Below, piece after piece: positions 17,286 to 26,384 of a DNA stretch of 64,000 bases. The stretch spans positions 38,970 through 102,969 of the forward strand of contig JAJYWN010000016.1 in the NCBI GenBank assembly GCA_021791495.1. The letters are read 5' to 3'. The notes beneath the pieces are model-generated. The model was not told the origin of the DNA. It saw only the letters and a program-made list of their open reading frames with translations, and did no database searches. The position numbers and the translations under genes were made by a program. This DNA is from Bacillota bacterium (GTDB taxonomy: Bacteria; Bacillota; Sulfobacillia; JAJYWN01). Each line of letters opens with the position of its first letter. Within the stretch, counting starts at the first letter, position 1.

Positions 17286-18880
17286 GCCGTGCCCCGAGGG
17301 TGGCTGATTCCGGAGATTCCGTAGACTTCCAGAGCCTCCGGCGTCAGATCTCCGAAAGCGGTTCCCACCCGCTCGACGTATCGCATGTCGCCGCCATGCT
17401 GGAGCTAAGCGGGATCACCGACCGCCGGGCGGTGTCCCTGGGGTACGATGACGTCTTCGACCTGGCACAGGCCCTCTATGAGTCGCTCTCGACGGACATG
17501 CGTTGGGAGACGGTCTTGGCCGATGACGGAGATCCCTGGTACAAGAGGTTCTTCCAGACTATCCGTCTTTACCTGCGCGGCCTCTCTTTCGCCGCGCCCA
17601 TGATTCTGTCGTCCGCTTCGGTCCTGGCGCTGCGTTTCTCCCTATGGTCCTACGTGGATTTCAGCACGGAAATCGCCACGGCCATCGCCCTGGCCACCTT
17701 CGGCAGCTTCCTGGTGACCGGCGGATTCACCCAGGCCATCGCCCGCCGTGGGCTGTTCTACATCACCCAGGAACAGTGGCGCCTGGCCCGCATATCCACG
17801 GCCCGCCTGCTACTGATGGGAGTATATGCCATCGTCCTGACGGTGCTGCTCGTCATCATCTTTGTGGCAATCATCCCCATCTTGCCTTGGCCGATCGTGG
17901 GCTACACCTTCTTGTACTTCCTCCCCATGTCCTTCATCTGGCTGGGGACGGGGCTTCTCTATATGCTCGACTGGGAGCCGGTCATCCTCGTGCTCATCAG
18001 TTTCGGCATCGGGATGGTGTATTACTTCTTCGATATCCGCAAGGTTCCGATGATGTACGCGCAGGCCATCAGCATGTGGATCATCGCCGTCATTTCCTTC
18101 CTCCTGGCCTTCGTCCTCTTCCGGCGCCTGGAAAGGCGGAATCCCAAGGAGATGGAGCAGTCGCACCGGATGCGCTGGTCACAGGCCACCCGGTCGCTCA
18201 TGCCCTTCTTCATCTACGGCGTCGCCTATTTCGCTCTGAACTTCGCCGATCGGGTCATGGCCTGGTCGCGCCCCGAGGAGTTTCACCCCTACTTCATCTG
18301 GTTTCGCGGCGACTACGAGCTCGGCCTAGACTGGGCGCTGTGGTGTCTGTTCGTGCCTATGGGAATAGTCGAGATTTACATCGTCGGGATGTTCCGCCGG
18401 ATCCAACGCCTCGGAAAGCACGTGAATGTGGCCAACATCCCCGCCTTCAATCGTGGCTTTCAGTTGTACCACCTGCGGACCATGATCCTCGTTCTCGTAT
18501 CCGGGTTCGCCAGCATCCCCGGCCTGGTCTGGCTGGCGAAATGGCTTTTCCAACTGGGGTTGCTGTACTTCGACCCGATGGACAACCCCATCACCCGTTT
18601 CGTATTCCTGGTCGGATCGCCGTCTTTCAGCATCATCGCCGCCGGGCTGCAGGGGTCTCTGGTGCTCTTCAGTTTGAACGAACCTTGGGTCGCCACTCGG
18701 GCGGCCGGCTCGGCGTTGCTCCTGAACATCATCGTGGGGTTCCTGGCCAGCCGCTATGTAGCCTACTGGTGGGCCGTGTGGGGGTTGGCTGTGGGAAGCC
18801 TGGTCTTCACCGGCCTCATCACGGTCCAGGCGATGCGGGTCCTTGGCCGGTTGGATTTCCACCTGATGCGGGGCGCCTAG
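17282..18880 (+). CDS. pelG: PelG-like polysaccharide transporter/membrane protein
   Basis: About 12 TM; FADRVMAWS and YELGLDWAL resemble PelG motifs; N-terminal VAAMLELSGITD...YDDVFDLA; downstream of pelF. Confidence 0.7.
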   Translation: MSRAPRVADSGDSVDFQSLRRQISESGSHPLDVSHVAAMLELSGITDRRAVSLGYDDVFDLAQALYESLSTDMRWETVLADDGDPWYKRFFQTIRLYLRGLSFAAPMILSSASVLALRFSLWSYVDFSTEIATAIALATFGSFLVTGGFTQAIARRGLFYITQEQWRLARISTARLLLMGVYAIVLTVLLVIIFVAIIPILPWPIVGYTFLYFLPMSFIWLGTGLLYMLDWEPVILVLISFGIGMVYYFFDIRKVPMMYAQAISMWIIAVISFLLAFVLFRRLERRNPKEMEQSHRMRWSQATRSLMPFFIYGVAYFALNFADRVMAWSRPEEFHPYFIWFRGDYELGLDWALWCLFVPMGIVEIYIVGMFRRIQRLGKHVNVANIPAFNRGFQLYHLRTMILVLVSGFASIPGLVWLAKWLFQLGLLYFDPMDNPITRFVFLVGSPSFSIIAAGLQGSLVLFSLNEPWVATRAAGSALLLNIIVGFLASRYVAYWWAVWGLAVGSLVFTGLITVQAMRVLGRLDFHLMRGA

Positions 18881-18908
18881 AAGGGCGCCCCGACGGAGGA
18901 CGTGTTCT

Positions 18909-20891
18909 TTGGCAGACATTCGTCCCTGGCCGTGGGTAGCAGCCATAGCGCTTCTTCGGGTGGCACTGGCCATTGGCGTCATCTATGTCTTGCTGCCCTG
19001 GGTCATGTTCCCGCGCCTGGACGAGCCCGAAGACAACCCCCTAGTCTCACGGGCAATCTGGATATCCTTCTTTAGCGCGGTGGTCGTGCATGTCCTGGCG
19101 GGGTTGCGCATTTTCGAGGCCCCCGTCTTCATCGTGATCTGCCTGCTCATGGCCTTGAAGAACCGGCTCTACGCCGTCTCGGTGGAAGGGCGCACCCAGC
19201 TCCGCGTGCGGGCCCTCAGTTGGCTTTTCGATCGGGTAGACGGCAAGCCGCTCGCTCGGCGCGACCATCCTTTCGGCCTGAGGGCTCTGGCCAACCTCCG
19301 CCTGTGGCCGTCGCTGTCGTGGACTATCCTCGCCCTCGAATTCGGGGCCGTGGCCTACATCCTCTTCGCCAAAGCTTTCACCACGCCCGTTCCGCCCCTG
19401 TCCGACGCGCCGGTGAACCTCGCGTGGATGAAGTACGTCGAGAACAACGTCCTATACCACAATGAGGTCTACCCGCGGGGGATGTACACCGCGCTGTCCC
19501 TGCTGCGCAAGTTCACGTGGCTGTTGTCTTTCGTCCTCCTCGACATGGCCGGCCCCCTGATCAGCCTGGCCTCCGTGGCGTCACTAGCCTTCTTCATTCG
19601 GAAGACGACCGATTCCTGGGGCGCCGTGGTGGTTACGGTCGCCTTGTATGGCTTATTCCCGACCTTCCTTCCGGCCGACCTGGGTCGCCGGGGTGCCCCA
19701 AACTCCGAGGAGTTCGGCTTCATTTTCATCCTTCTGGCCGCCTGGTTCTTATGGTCCTTCCTAATACAGGGGCGCAGGGGTGACCGGACCACGGCCGCCG
19801 CCGCCGCGGGCATGGCGGCTTTCACTCACCCGGTTTCCGCGCTCTTTACCATTGCTATGATGGCGGGCGTGACCCTTTCGTCCATCATCTACCGCTGGAA
19901 TCAGGCTTGGCGGCGGCTGCCCGGGGCCGTCCTCTGGGCCGGCGGGGCCGGGGTCATCGCGGCCCTCCCGCCTTTCACGGCCATCCTCTTCGGCGAGACC
20001 TGGCATTCCTCGTCGCTGCAGTATCTCACTACCACTACGGGCGCTCTCTCCGAGATGAACCCGCTCCATGTGGGAGCGCTGGCCCTCTCCGGCGGGTTGG
20101 CCCTCATCCTGCCGATCGTCGCTTGGCGCCTGGGGCAGAAGACCGCGGGTCTGGGCGCCGCCGCCGCCGTGGCCGCCGTTGGCTTGGTGGTATACCTGGC
20201 GCCCAACTTCGGCCTGAACAGCGGGGTACTGCTCGACCGTGGCGGTGAGATCGGGGCCATCGGCCTCGCCGTGCTGGCCGGGCTGCTGTGGGCGCTGGTG
20301 GAGCGCTCCCTGGGACGGTTTCGTCAGGCGGGGGTGCTGGCTGCGGTACTGGCCGTGGGGCTGACTTTCTCCAAGGTCCCGACATCCGGTCCGCAACCCT
20401 ACTACTACTACTCCCGGGAGATGATCGAGACCTATATGCGCGGCGCCTTGACCTATGAGCCCGGCACCTGGACCCTTGTCGCCGGTTTCCGGGGGTACTC
20501 CCTGGCTCTGGGCCGGGCCATTCACAACTACCCGAACGATTTCCTCCTGATGGCCTCGCAGATGCCGGTCGACCTAGCCCAGTGGTATGATGCCCCCTGG
20601 AAGCTCGCCAACGGGCAGACGACCAAGGAGAAAACCCCGAACTTCGTCCTCGTGGTCGAGAAAGTCTCTCCGGTCGCGCCCGGAACAAACGACCGGGCCC
20701 GCGAGGAGGCAACCTTGGCCGACGCGGCCAAATTGGAGGCGTGGATACAGGAGAACCGGGGGAAACTGCCGCTCCAACCGATCTTGTCCGATGAGAACGT
20801 TGACGTCTGGACGTTGACGATTCCGGTACCCAAGAAGCCTGGCGATATCTTTAATCCCAGGCCGGCGCCCAGCGGCCCCATCGGGAGGTAG
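18909..20891 (+). CDS. Polytopic membrane protein, GT-C-like (paralog A)
   Basis: Many TM segments; loop SDAPVNLAWMKY...VYPRG; NSEEFG; soluble C-terminal domain; homologous to 27787-29820. Confidence 0.7.
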   Translation: MADIRPWPWVAAIALLRVALAIGVIYVLLPWVMFPRLDEPEDNPLVSRAIWISFFSAVVVHVLAGLRIFEAPVFIVICLLMALKNRLYAVSVEGRTQLRVRALSWLFDRVDGKPLARRDHPFGLRALANLRLWPSLSWTILALEFGAVAYILFAKAFTTPVPPLSDAPVNLAWMKYVENNVLYHNEVYPRGMYTALSLLRKFTWLLSFVLLDMAGPLISLASVASLAFFIRKTTDSWGAVVVTVALYGLFPTFLPADLGRRGAPNSEEFGFIFILLAAWFLWSFLIQGRRGDRTTAAAAAGMAAFTHPVSALFTIAMMAGVTLSSIIYRWNQAWRRLPGAVLWAGGAGVIAALPPFTAILFGETWHSSSLQYLTTTTGALSEMNPLHVGALALSGGLALILPIVAWRLGQKTAGLGAAAAVAAVGLVVYLAPNFGLNSGVLLDRGGEIGAIGLAVLAGLLWALVERSLGRFRQAGVLAAVLAVGLTFSKVPTSGPQPYYYYSREMIETYMRGALTYEPGTWTLVAGFRGYSLALGRAIHNYPNDFLLMASQMPVDLAQWYDAPWKLANGQTTKEKTPNFVLVVEKVSPVAPGTNDRAREEATLADAAKLEAWIQENRGKLPLQPILSDENVDVWTLTIPVPKKPGDIFNPRPAPSGPIGR

Positions 20892-20898
20892 AGCCGAC

Positions 20899-21717
20899 GT
20901 GAAGGCCAAGCCGAAAGCGATCGTGGTCATCCCCGAGTACAACGAAGAAAAGACCATCACCAACGTCCTGGAGAGGACCTATCCCTACGCCGACCTGGTT
21001 GTCGTCGTGAACGATGGCTCCACGGATACGTCCGGCCACCTGGTGCGGAAATGGGCCGCCGCCCATCCTGGAGTGGTCCTCCTTACTCTGGCTCGCAACC
21101 AGGGCATGTCCGGCGCCCTGCTCATGGGGTTCACTTTCGTTCTCCAACTGCTGGACCGCGGCTTCGTCGATCCCGAAGACGTGGTGGTCAACATCGACGC
21201 AGATGGTCAGCACTTGCCGGAGGAGATTCCCGTGGCCCTGGAGGCGATGAAGGCGGGTGGTAGCGACGTCCTCCTCGGGAAACGTGACCTCCGTGGTTAT
21301 CCTTGGTTCAAGCACATCGGCAACTGGGGCCTCTCCCTGTGGGCCACGCTGCTCTCTGGCTATCATTACCAGGACGTGGAGTGCGGCTTCCGCCTGATGC
21401 GGGTGGAGGTGCTGGCCGACATGCTGTCGTATTTCGCCGGCCGTCGGTACGGCTGCGCTCAGGAGATCGGGGTGATCACGGCTCGACGCGGGTGGAGAAT
21501 CGATAACCGTTTCCAGACCAATATCGCCTACTACCGGGCAGGGGCGCGGATCAGGGACGGGATCACGAACTTGCGCATGGGCTTCATGGCCTTCCTTCGC
21601 GTGGCGCTGAACCGCCGGACGCCGCTGGACGTCCGGTACGCCATGATCTCTGGACTGGTGGTGGAAGACACTCTTCAGGAGAGGGTGACGTTCAGGCCAT
21701 GGGCCGCGTCCTCCTGA
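20899..21717 (+). CDS. GT2 glycosyltransferase, polyprenol-phosphate sugar synthase-like
   Basis: VIPEYNEE, VNDGSTD, DADGQH, DVECGFR. Confidence 0.88.
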   Translation: MKAKPKAIVVIPEYNEEKTITNVLERTYPYADLVVVVNDGSTDTSGHLVRKWAAAHPGVVLLTLARNQGMSGALLMGFTFVLQLLDRGFVDPEDVVVNIDADGQHLPEEIPVALEAMKAGGSDVLLGKRDLRGYPWFKHIGNWGLSLWATLLSGYHYQDVECGFRLMRVEVLADMLSYFAGRRYGCAQEIGVITARRGWRIDNRFQTNIAYYRAGARIRDGITNLRMGFMAFLRVALNRRTPLDVRYAMISGLVVEDTLQERVTFRPWAASS

Positions 21718-22862
21718 CCGACGGCCAGCAGCGCAAGACTCTGACCGCCGTCCGGTCCCTGGGGCGACGCGGGGACAGCGTCTGGGTGGCCGACGTCACG
21801 CTCTTCTCGACCAGTCGCTTCTCCCGTTATTGCCACCGGGGCTTGGTCTGCCCGAGACCTGAGGAAGAGGGCCGGTTCTGGAACTGGGTCCTGGCAGTGG
21901 TGGACCGGTACGCGCTGGACCTTTTCATGCCCATGGATGATTTCACCACGGAGGTGGGTGTGGAGTGTCAAGGTGAACTGCCTCCGGGATGCGGTTCCCT
22001 GCTCCCCACGCCCCAGCAATACGCGGCGGCACGGGACAAGGGCGCCACCGCCCAGCTGGCGATGAAGGCTGGGGTACGGCTGCCCCGCACTTTCGAGGTG
22101 GCCGACCGCGGGGAGATGGAGGCGGCCCTGGCGGTACTGGGTGGGCCAGCCGTGATCAAGCCCAGGTATTCGTCGGGTGGACGTGGTATCTACTTCGTTC
22201 AGGACCGGGCCGAAGCCGAGCGAGCCTGGACCATGGCGGAAGGCCGGCCGGAATGGGGCGGCCTCCTGGTTCAGGAACGCATTCCTTTGGGGCGTAAGTT
22301 CGACGTCTGCCTGCTCTATGGACCGGCGGGCGATGTCCGGGCTTCCTTCGTGCAGGAGGAACTCCGGTGGTTTCCGCTGGAGTCGGGCGCTAGCACCCTT
22401 CAGGAGAGCGTCGACCGACCGGACCTGGTGGACCTGGCGGCGCGGCTTCTCTCCCCGGTGGGATGGCGCGGCCCCGTCGAGGTGGAGTTCATGCTGGACC
22501 GCACTGGCGCCCCGGTGTTGATGGAGATCAACCCGCGGTTCTGGGCATCGCTGGCGCTGGCGGTGCAATGCGGCGTGGACTTCCCGTCCTTGACGGCGGA
22601 CCTCGCCTGGGGCCGCGACGTGCGGGGACCGGCGAAGTACCCGGTCGGACGGCGGTGCCGCTGGCTTTTGCCGGGCGACTTACTGCACGCCATGGCCAGA
22701 CGAGGAAGGGGCATCACCCCCCCCTTCTTCGCCACCTACGACGGACGGACGGTCGACGACATACTGTCCTGGGAAGACCCCGGTCCGACACTGGGTGTGG
22801 TCTTGGCCATGCTGCGGTATTCGTTGGATCCGGGCATGTGGAGGATGCTGCTGCGGTGGTAA
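21699..22862 (+). CDS. ATP-grasp carboxylate-amine ligase family protein
   Basis: LTAVRSLGRRG, ARDKG, VIKPR, LVQERIP, VEVEFM, LMEINPRFWAS. Confidence 0.85.
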   Translation: MGRVLLTDGQQRKTLTAVRSLGRRGDSVWVADVTLFSTSRFSRYCHRGLVCPRPEEEGRFWNWVLAVVDRYALDLFMPMDDFTTEVGVECQGELPPGCGSLLPTPQQYAAARDKGATAQLAMKAGVRLPRTFEVADRGEMEAALAVLGGPAVIKPRYSSGGRGIYFVQDRAEAERAWTMAEGRPEWGGLLVQERIPLGRKFDVCLLYGPAGDVRASFVQEELRWFPLESGASTLQESVDRPDLVDLAARLLSPVGWRGPVEVEFMLDRTGAPVLMEINPRFWASLALAVQCGVDFPSLTADLAWGRDVRGPAKYPVGRRCRWLLPGDLLHAMARRGRGITPPFFATYDGRTVDDILSWEDPGPTLGVVLAMLRYSLDPGMWRMLLRW

Positions 22863-23755
22863 GCCATGTTCTCAGCTTCGACGTGGAAAACTGGTTCGAC
22901 GGAAACCTCCACCGCCGCTGGACTGGGAGGCTGGGAGAGACTGGCGCTGCGACTGGCGATCGTCTGCCGGCCGAAGTGGACGCCGTCCTGTCCCTGCTTT
23001 CCGAAGCCGGCGGGGTCAAAGCTACCTTCTTCGTGCTGGGCAGTGTCGCGGCGGCGCATCCCGAGGTGGTGCGCCGGCTGGCCGACGGGGGGCACGAGAT
23101 TGGCTGCCATGGCATGGAGCACGACTTGGTCAGGGAGGTGACGCCCGTCCGCTACCTCGAAGGGCTTCGCCGGGCGCGGGGGCTCTTACAGGAACTGTCC
23201 GGCCAGCCTGTGGCGGGCCATCGCGCTCCTTCTTGGTCCATCGACCGCCGCGTCCCCTGGGCGGTGGCTGCGGTCATCGATGCGGGGTTCAGTTATGACT
23301 CCAGCGTTTTCCCTGCCCGGACGCCTCTCTACGGCGAGCCGTCCTGGCCTGTGGCGCCATTCTGGCTGGCCACTTCTGCCGGGAAGCACCTCCTCGAACT
23401 GCCGCCCGCCGTCCTCCGCTTGGGGCCGCTGTCCCTGCCCTACGGCGGTGGGTTGTACTGGCGCGTGCTGCCATTCGCCTTGGTCCATCTTCTCCTGCGT
23501 CGGGCGAGTTCTCCCCGGGTGACCTATCTGCACCCCTGGGAGCTGAACCCCGAGCCGGCGGGGCCGCTTCCGGCGGGGACACCGTTTGCGGCCAGGGCTG
23601 CCCTGCACTGGGGCGTGAAGCATAGCCGCGGGCGACTGAGGCGCCTCCTGTCGGCCCTTGGATTCCAGGAGTTTCGCGCCGTGGTGGGTAGTCTTTCGGC
23701 CGACCCGCGGCTTCCCACGGTTACTCTCCGAGGTCTGGAGGATGAGGCGGCGTGA
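22856..23755 (+). CDS. CE4 polysaccharide deacetylase (DUF3473 type)
   Basis: LSFDVENWF, ATFFVLG, HEIGCHGMEH, GHRAPSWS, YDSSVFP, YLHPWEL. GTG 22856 overlaps the previous stop. Confidence 0.88.
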   Translation: MVSHVLSFDVENWFDGNLHRRWTGRLGETGAATGDRLPAEVDAVLSLLSEAGGVKATFFVLGSVAAAHPEVVRRLADGGHEIGCHGMEHDLVREVTPVRYLEGLRRARGLLQELSGQPVAGHRAPSWSIDRRVPWAVAAVIDAGFSYDSSVFPARTPLYGEPSWPVAPFWLATSAGKHLLELPPAVLRLGPLSLPYGGGLYWRVLPFALVHLLLRRASSPRVTYLHPWELNPEPAGPLPAGTPFAARAALHWGVKHSRGRLRRLLSALGFQEFRAVVGSLSADPRLPTVTLRGLEDEAA

Positions 23756-25557
23756 TCCTGTCGGAAATGCCTTGGTGGGTGTCGGCGGCAGCTGGAGCCG
23801 CTTCGATCCTTCTAGCCTGGATTATTTCGTCGCTCGTGTTCGGAGGGGCGCGACGCCGCCGCGGAGACCCGGTGGCCCCGGTGTCTCTGCCGGGTCTGGA
23901 GAACGTCCAATCGCTGGACGAAGCCAGCGCCCGCATCCTGGACCACGTGGCCACCTGGGTCAAGGGGAAGTCCTATCACGCCTACTGGCTCGACGACAAG
24001 GGCGGGGCCTGGTGGCTGCGGGCCAGCCTCACCAGACCGGAATATCCGGACGTGGCTCCGAACTACTCCGGCCTGGTCATGGACGGCAGCCGGGCCGTAC
24101 CGCTATCCTTGCCCTTCGACGCGACCTTGACCTCCTCGCGCATCCGGGGGCCCCGCGACGAGCGTTGGCTGGACCTGCCCATCGGCAAGGACCTGCTGGT
24201 AACCGTCCTCCTCGGGCCGATTGGTGCCCTATCCGTCGCCGAGATCAGGCGGCTGGACCAGTCCTGCCAGACCCTGGCGCCGCTGGCTCTGACCGTGCGC
24301 CGCTGGCGCTCCGCGATGGAGGAAGCCCAGCACTATCGCGATTTGCTGGAGTCCACCCGCGTGGCTCTTGATGTCACGCTCCATATCGATCGGGCCGTCG
24401 AACTGCTCCTGAACGTTGGAGGCCAAGCGGTGGAGGCTCTGGTTCAGGTGGCGGTGGTGGAAGGGCCCAAGGAACCCTTGATCATCTCCAATTCCAGTGA
24501 AGGCAAAGCGCTGGGCCGCCGGATCGCCGAGAACGCGGAGCCGCGCCTGATGGCGCTGCCCCCCCAGCCCGACGTGGTTCCCGGAAGCCGGATGCCCACC
24601 CTGGGCTCGCTCTACAACGGCTGTGTGCGCGTCCCGGTGATGGTTTCCGGCAAGGAACCGGTGGGCTGTTTCTTCTACTTCATGAAGCACGCGCCGGCGG
24701 TCAACGGATACCAGACCGCGGTCCTCCGGGCTCTGGGCGAGAGAGCGTCGCAATTGGTGGCCAGCCAGCGCCAGGTCCAGAATGCCTCGGCAGGGTACGC
24801 CGATACTCTGGGAATCCTAGTCAATGCCATGGACGGCCTGTCCCCGCATAGCCAGGGGCACTCTCTTCGGGTGGCCCGGTTGGCCCGAATGATCGCCGGA
24901 CAGATGAAGCTGCCGCCGGACGAGGCGCAGGCAGTGGCCCAGGGTGCCTTCTACCACGATGTCGGCATGGTAGCGGTCGATCCGCGGGTGGTCCTGAAGC
25001 CCCAGAAGCTCACGTCCGGGGAGTACCAGCAGGTGAAACGGCACGCCGAGTTGGGCGGTCAGCTAGTGAGTGCCCTACCGGCCGCTCTCCCTCTGGGGGA
25101 GATCGTGGCCGGCCACCATGAGCGGTGGGATGGCGACGGGTATCCCCGCGGTCTGCGGGGGGAGGAGATTCCTCTGGGTGCCCGGATCGTGGCGGCCGCT
25201 GATCTGTTCGAAGCCAAGACCACCGGCCGCGCCTACCGGTCTCCCGTACCTTTCCTCCAAGCCGTCCAGGACATCCGCGCCGCGGCCGGCAGCCATTTGG
25301 ACCCCCAGGTAGTCGGCGCGTTGGTAGCGGCTTTCGCGGAGGCGGCGCGGGCGGTGTCGCCAAGCCTGCCCCTGGCCGCTTGCTGGGAGATGCGGTGCAT
25401 CCCGGCGGCCGTCTGTTCGGGGTGCGTCAACCGGCAGACCGGCGCGGGGCGTTGTTGGGAGGCGGGGAGCAACCTGTGTTCCCGCCACGGCGACCGTTGC
25501 GCGGAATGCCTTGTCTACACCGAAGCGACTTCGCGTTTGGCGGCGGGACGCGCGTGA
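23752..25557 (+). CDS. TM + GAF-like + degenerate HD-GYP + C-terminal Cys/Trp-rich (two-CW-like) protein
   Basis: N-terminal TM; GHSLRVA, YHDVGM, HHERWDGDGYP, ADLFEAK; tail CWEMRC...C..C...CWE...C......C..CLVY. Confidence 0.85.
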   Translation: MILSEMPWWVSAAAGAASILLAWIISSLVFGGARRRRGDPVAPVSLPGLENVQSLDEASARILDHVATWVKGKSYHAYWLDDKGGAWWLRASLTRPEYPDVAPNYSGLVMDGSRAVPLSLPFDATLTSSRIRGPRDERWLDLPIGKDLLVTVLLGPIGALSVAEIRRLDQSCQTLAPLALTVRRWRSAMEEAQHYRDLLESTRVALDVTLHIDRAVELLLNVGGQAVEALVQVAVVEGPKEPLIISNSSEGKALGRRIAENAEPRLMALPPQPDVVPGSRMPTLGSLYNGCVRVPVMVSGKEPVGCFFYFMKHAPAVNGYQTAVLRALGERASQLVASQRQVQNASAGYADTLGILVNAMDGLSPHSQGHSLRVARLARMIAGQMKLPPDEAQAVAQGAFYHDVGMVAVDPRVVLKPQKLTSGEYQQVKRHAELGGQLVSALPAALPLGEIVAGHHERWDGDGYPRGLRGEEIPLGARIVAAADLFEAKTTGRAYRSPVPFLQAVQDIRAAAGSHLDPQVVGALVAAFAEAARAVSPSLPLAACWEMRCIPAAVCSGCVNRQTGAGRCWEAGSNLCSRHGDRCAECLVYTEATSRLAAGRA

Positions 25558-26384
25558 GCCGGCGCCTGGGCGATGTGCGGACCTTTGCCGTGTACTACGG
25601 CACCGGCGGCGAGGATGTCCTGTCCACCTATGACCTGGCCATCGTGGCCGCGCCGGGGCGAGACCGGGAGCGGATCGCCGCCATAAGGGAGAAGGGCACC
25701 TTGATCTTGGCCTACTTGAGCGTTTTGGAAGCGCCGCTGGGCGAGCCTGATGATGTCCGAAGGCCGGGAGAGGCACTCGTCCAGGAGGCTCCCGCTAATG
25801 TCCTGACCGGCCCGGGAGGACCGGTGGTCAACCGGCAATGGAGGACGTGGGTGCTGGATCCGCGGCATGAGAGAACTCGCGACCGATTCCTCGGTCAGGC
25901 CGAAGACCTGCTTGATCGGGGATATGATGGCCTCTTTCTCGACACCATGGCCGACTTGGAAGATCTGCCCGAGGCCGTGGCCGCCGGTGGGTTAACGGGG
26001 CAGGCGACCATCGTAGAGGCCGCCCGCCTGGTAGCCGAGGCCGCGGCTAGCTTCGGGTGCGCGATGGTTCAGAACCGTGGCTTTCGCCTCCTGCTGCCCC
26101 TGACCATGCCGTATCTTGATGGGTTGTGCTGGGAGTCCTTCCCGTATCGCCGGATCGGGCTCTTCCCCCGGAGGAACCGCACCATCCGCTCACTACAAGG
26201 GGCGGAGGGAGCTGCCGGACTACGCGTTCTGGCACTGAACGAATGGAGCGAGACCAAAGTCGCCCAACAGGAGGAGCGTTCGGCCTCGCGCGCGGCCCGA
26301 CGGTGCGGCTTTCCGTGGTATGGGACCCTCCACTACACTGATCTGCCCAGCCCGGCCCCGGCGGCGGGAGTGATGCCGACATGA
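25554..26384 (+). CDS. PelA-like endo-alpha-1,4-galactosaminidase (GH114/GH166-like TIM barrel)
   Basis: FAVYYG, YDLAIV, LAYLSVLE, GYDGLFLDT, VQNRGF, LCWESF; GTGA overlap start at 25554. Confidence 0.78.
   Translation: MSRRLGDVRTFAVYYGTGGEDVLSTYDLAIVAAPGRDRERIAAIREKGTLILAYLSVLEAPLGEPDDVRRPGEALVQEAPANVLTGPGGPVVNRQWRTWVLDPRHERTRDRFLGQAEDLLDRGYDGLFLDTMADLEDLPEAVAAGGLTGQATIVEAARLVAEAAASFGCAMVQNRGFRLLLPLTMPYLDGLCWESFPYRRIGLFPRRNRTIRSLQGAEGAAGLRVLALNEWSETKVAQQEERSASRAARRCGFPWYGTLHYTDLPSPAPAAGVMPT

Noticed and set aside
22463-22855. Extended starts for the deacetylase (22463) and hydrolase (25380)
   Set aside because: They lie inside the preceding genes; coupled GTG starts at 22856 and 25554 match where the domains begin.
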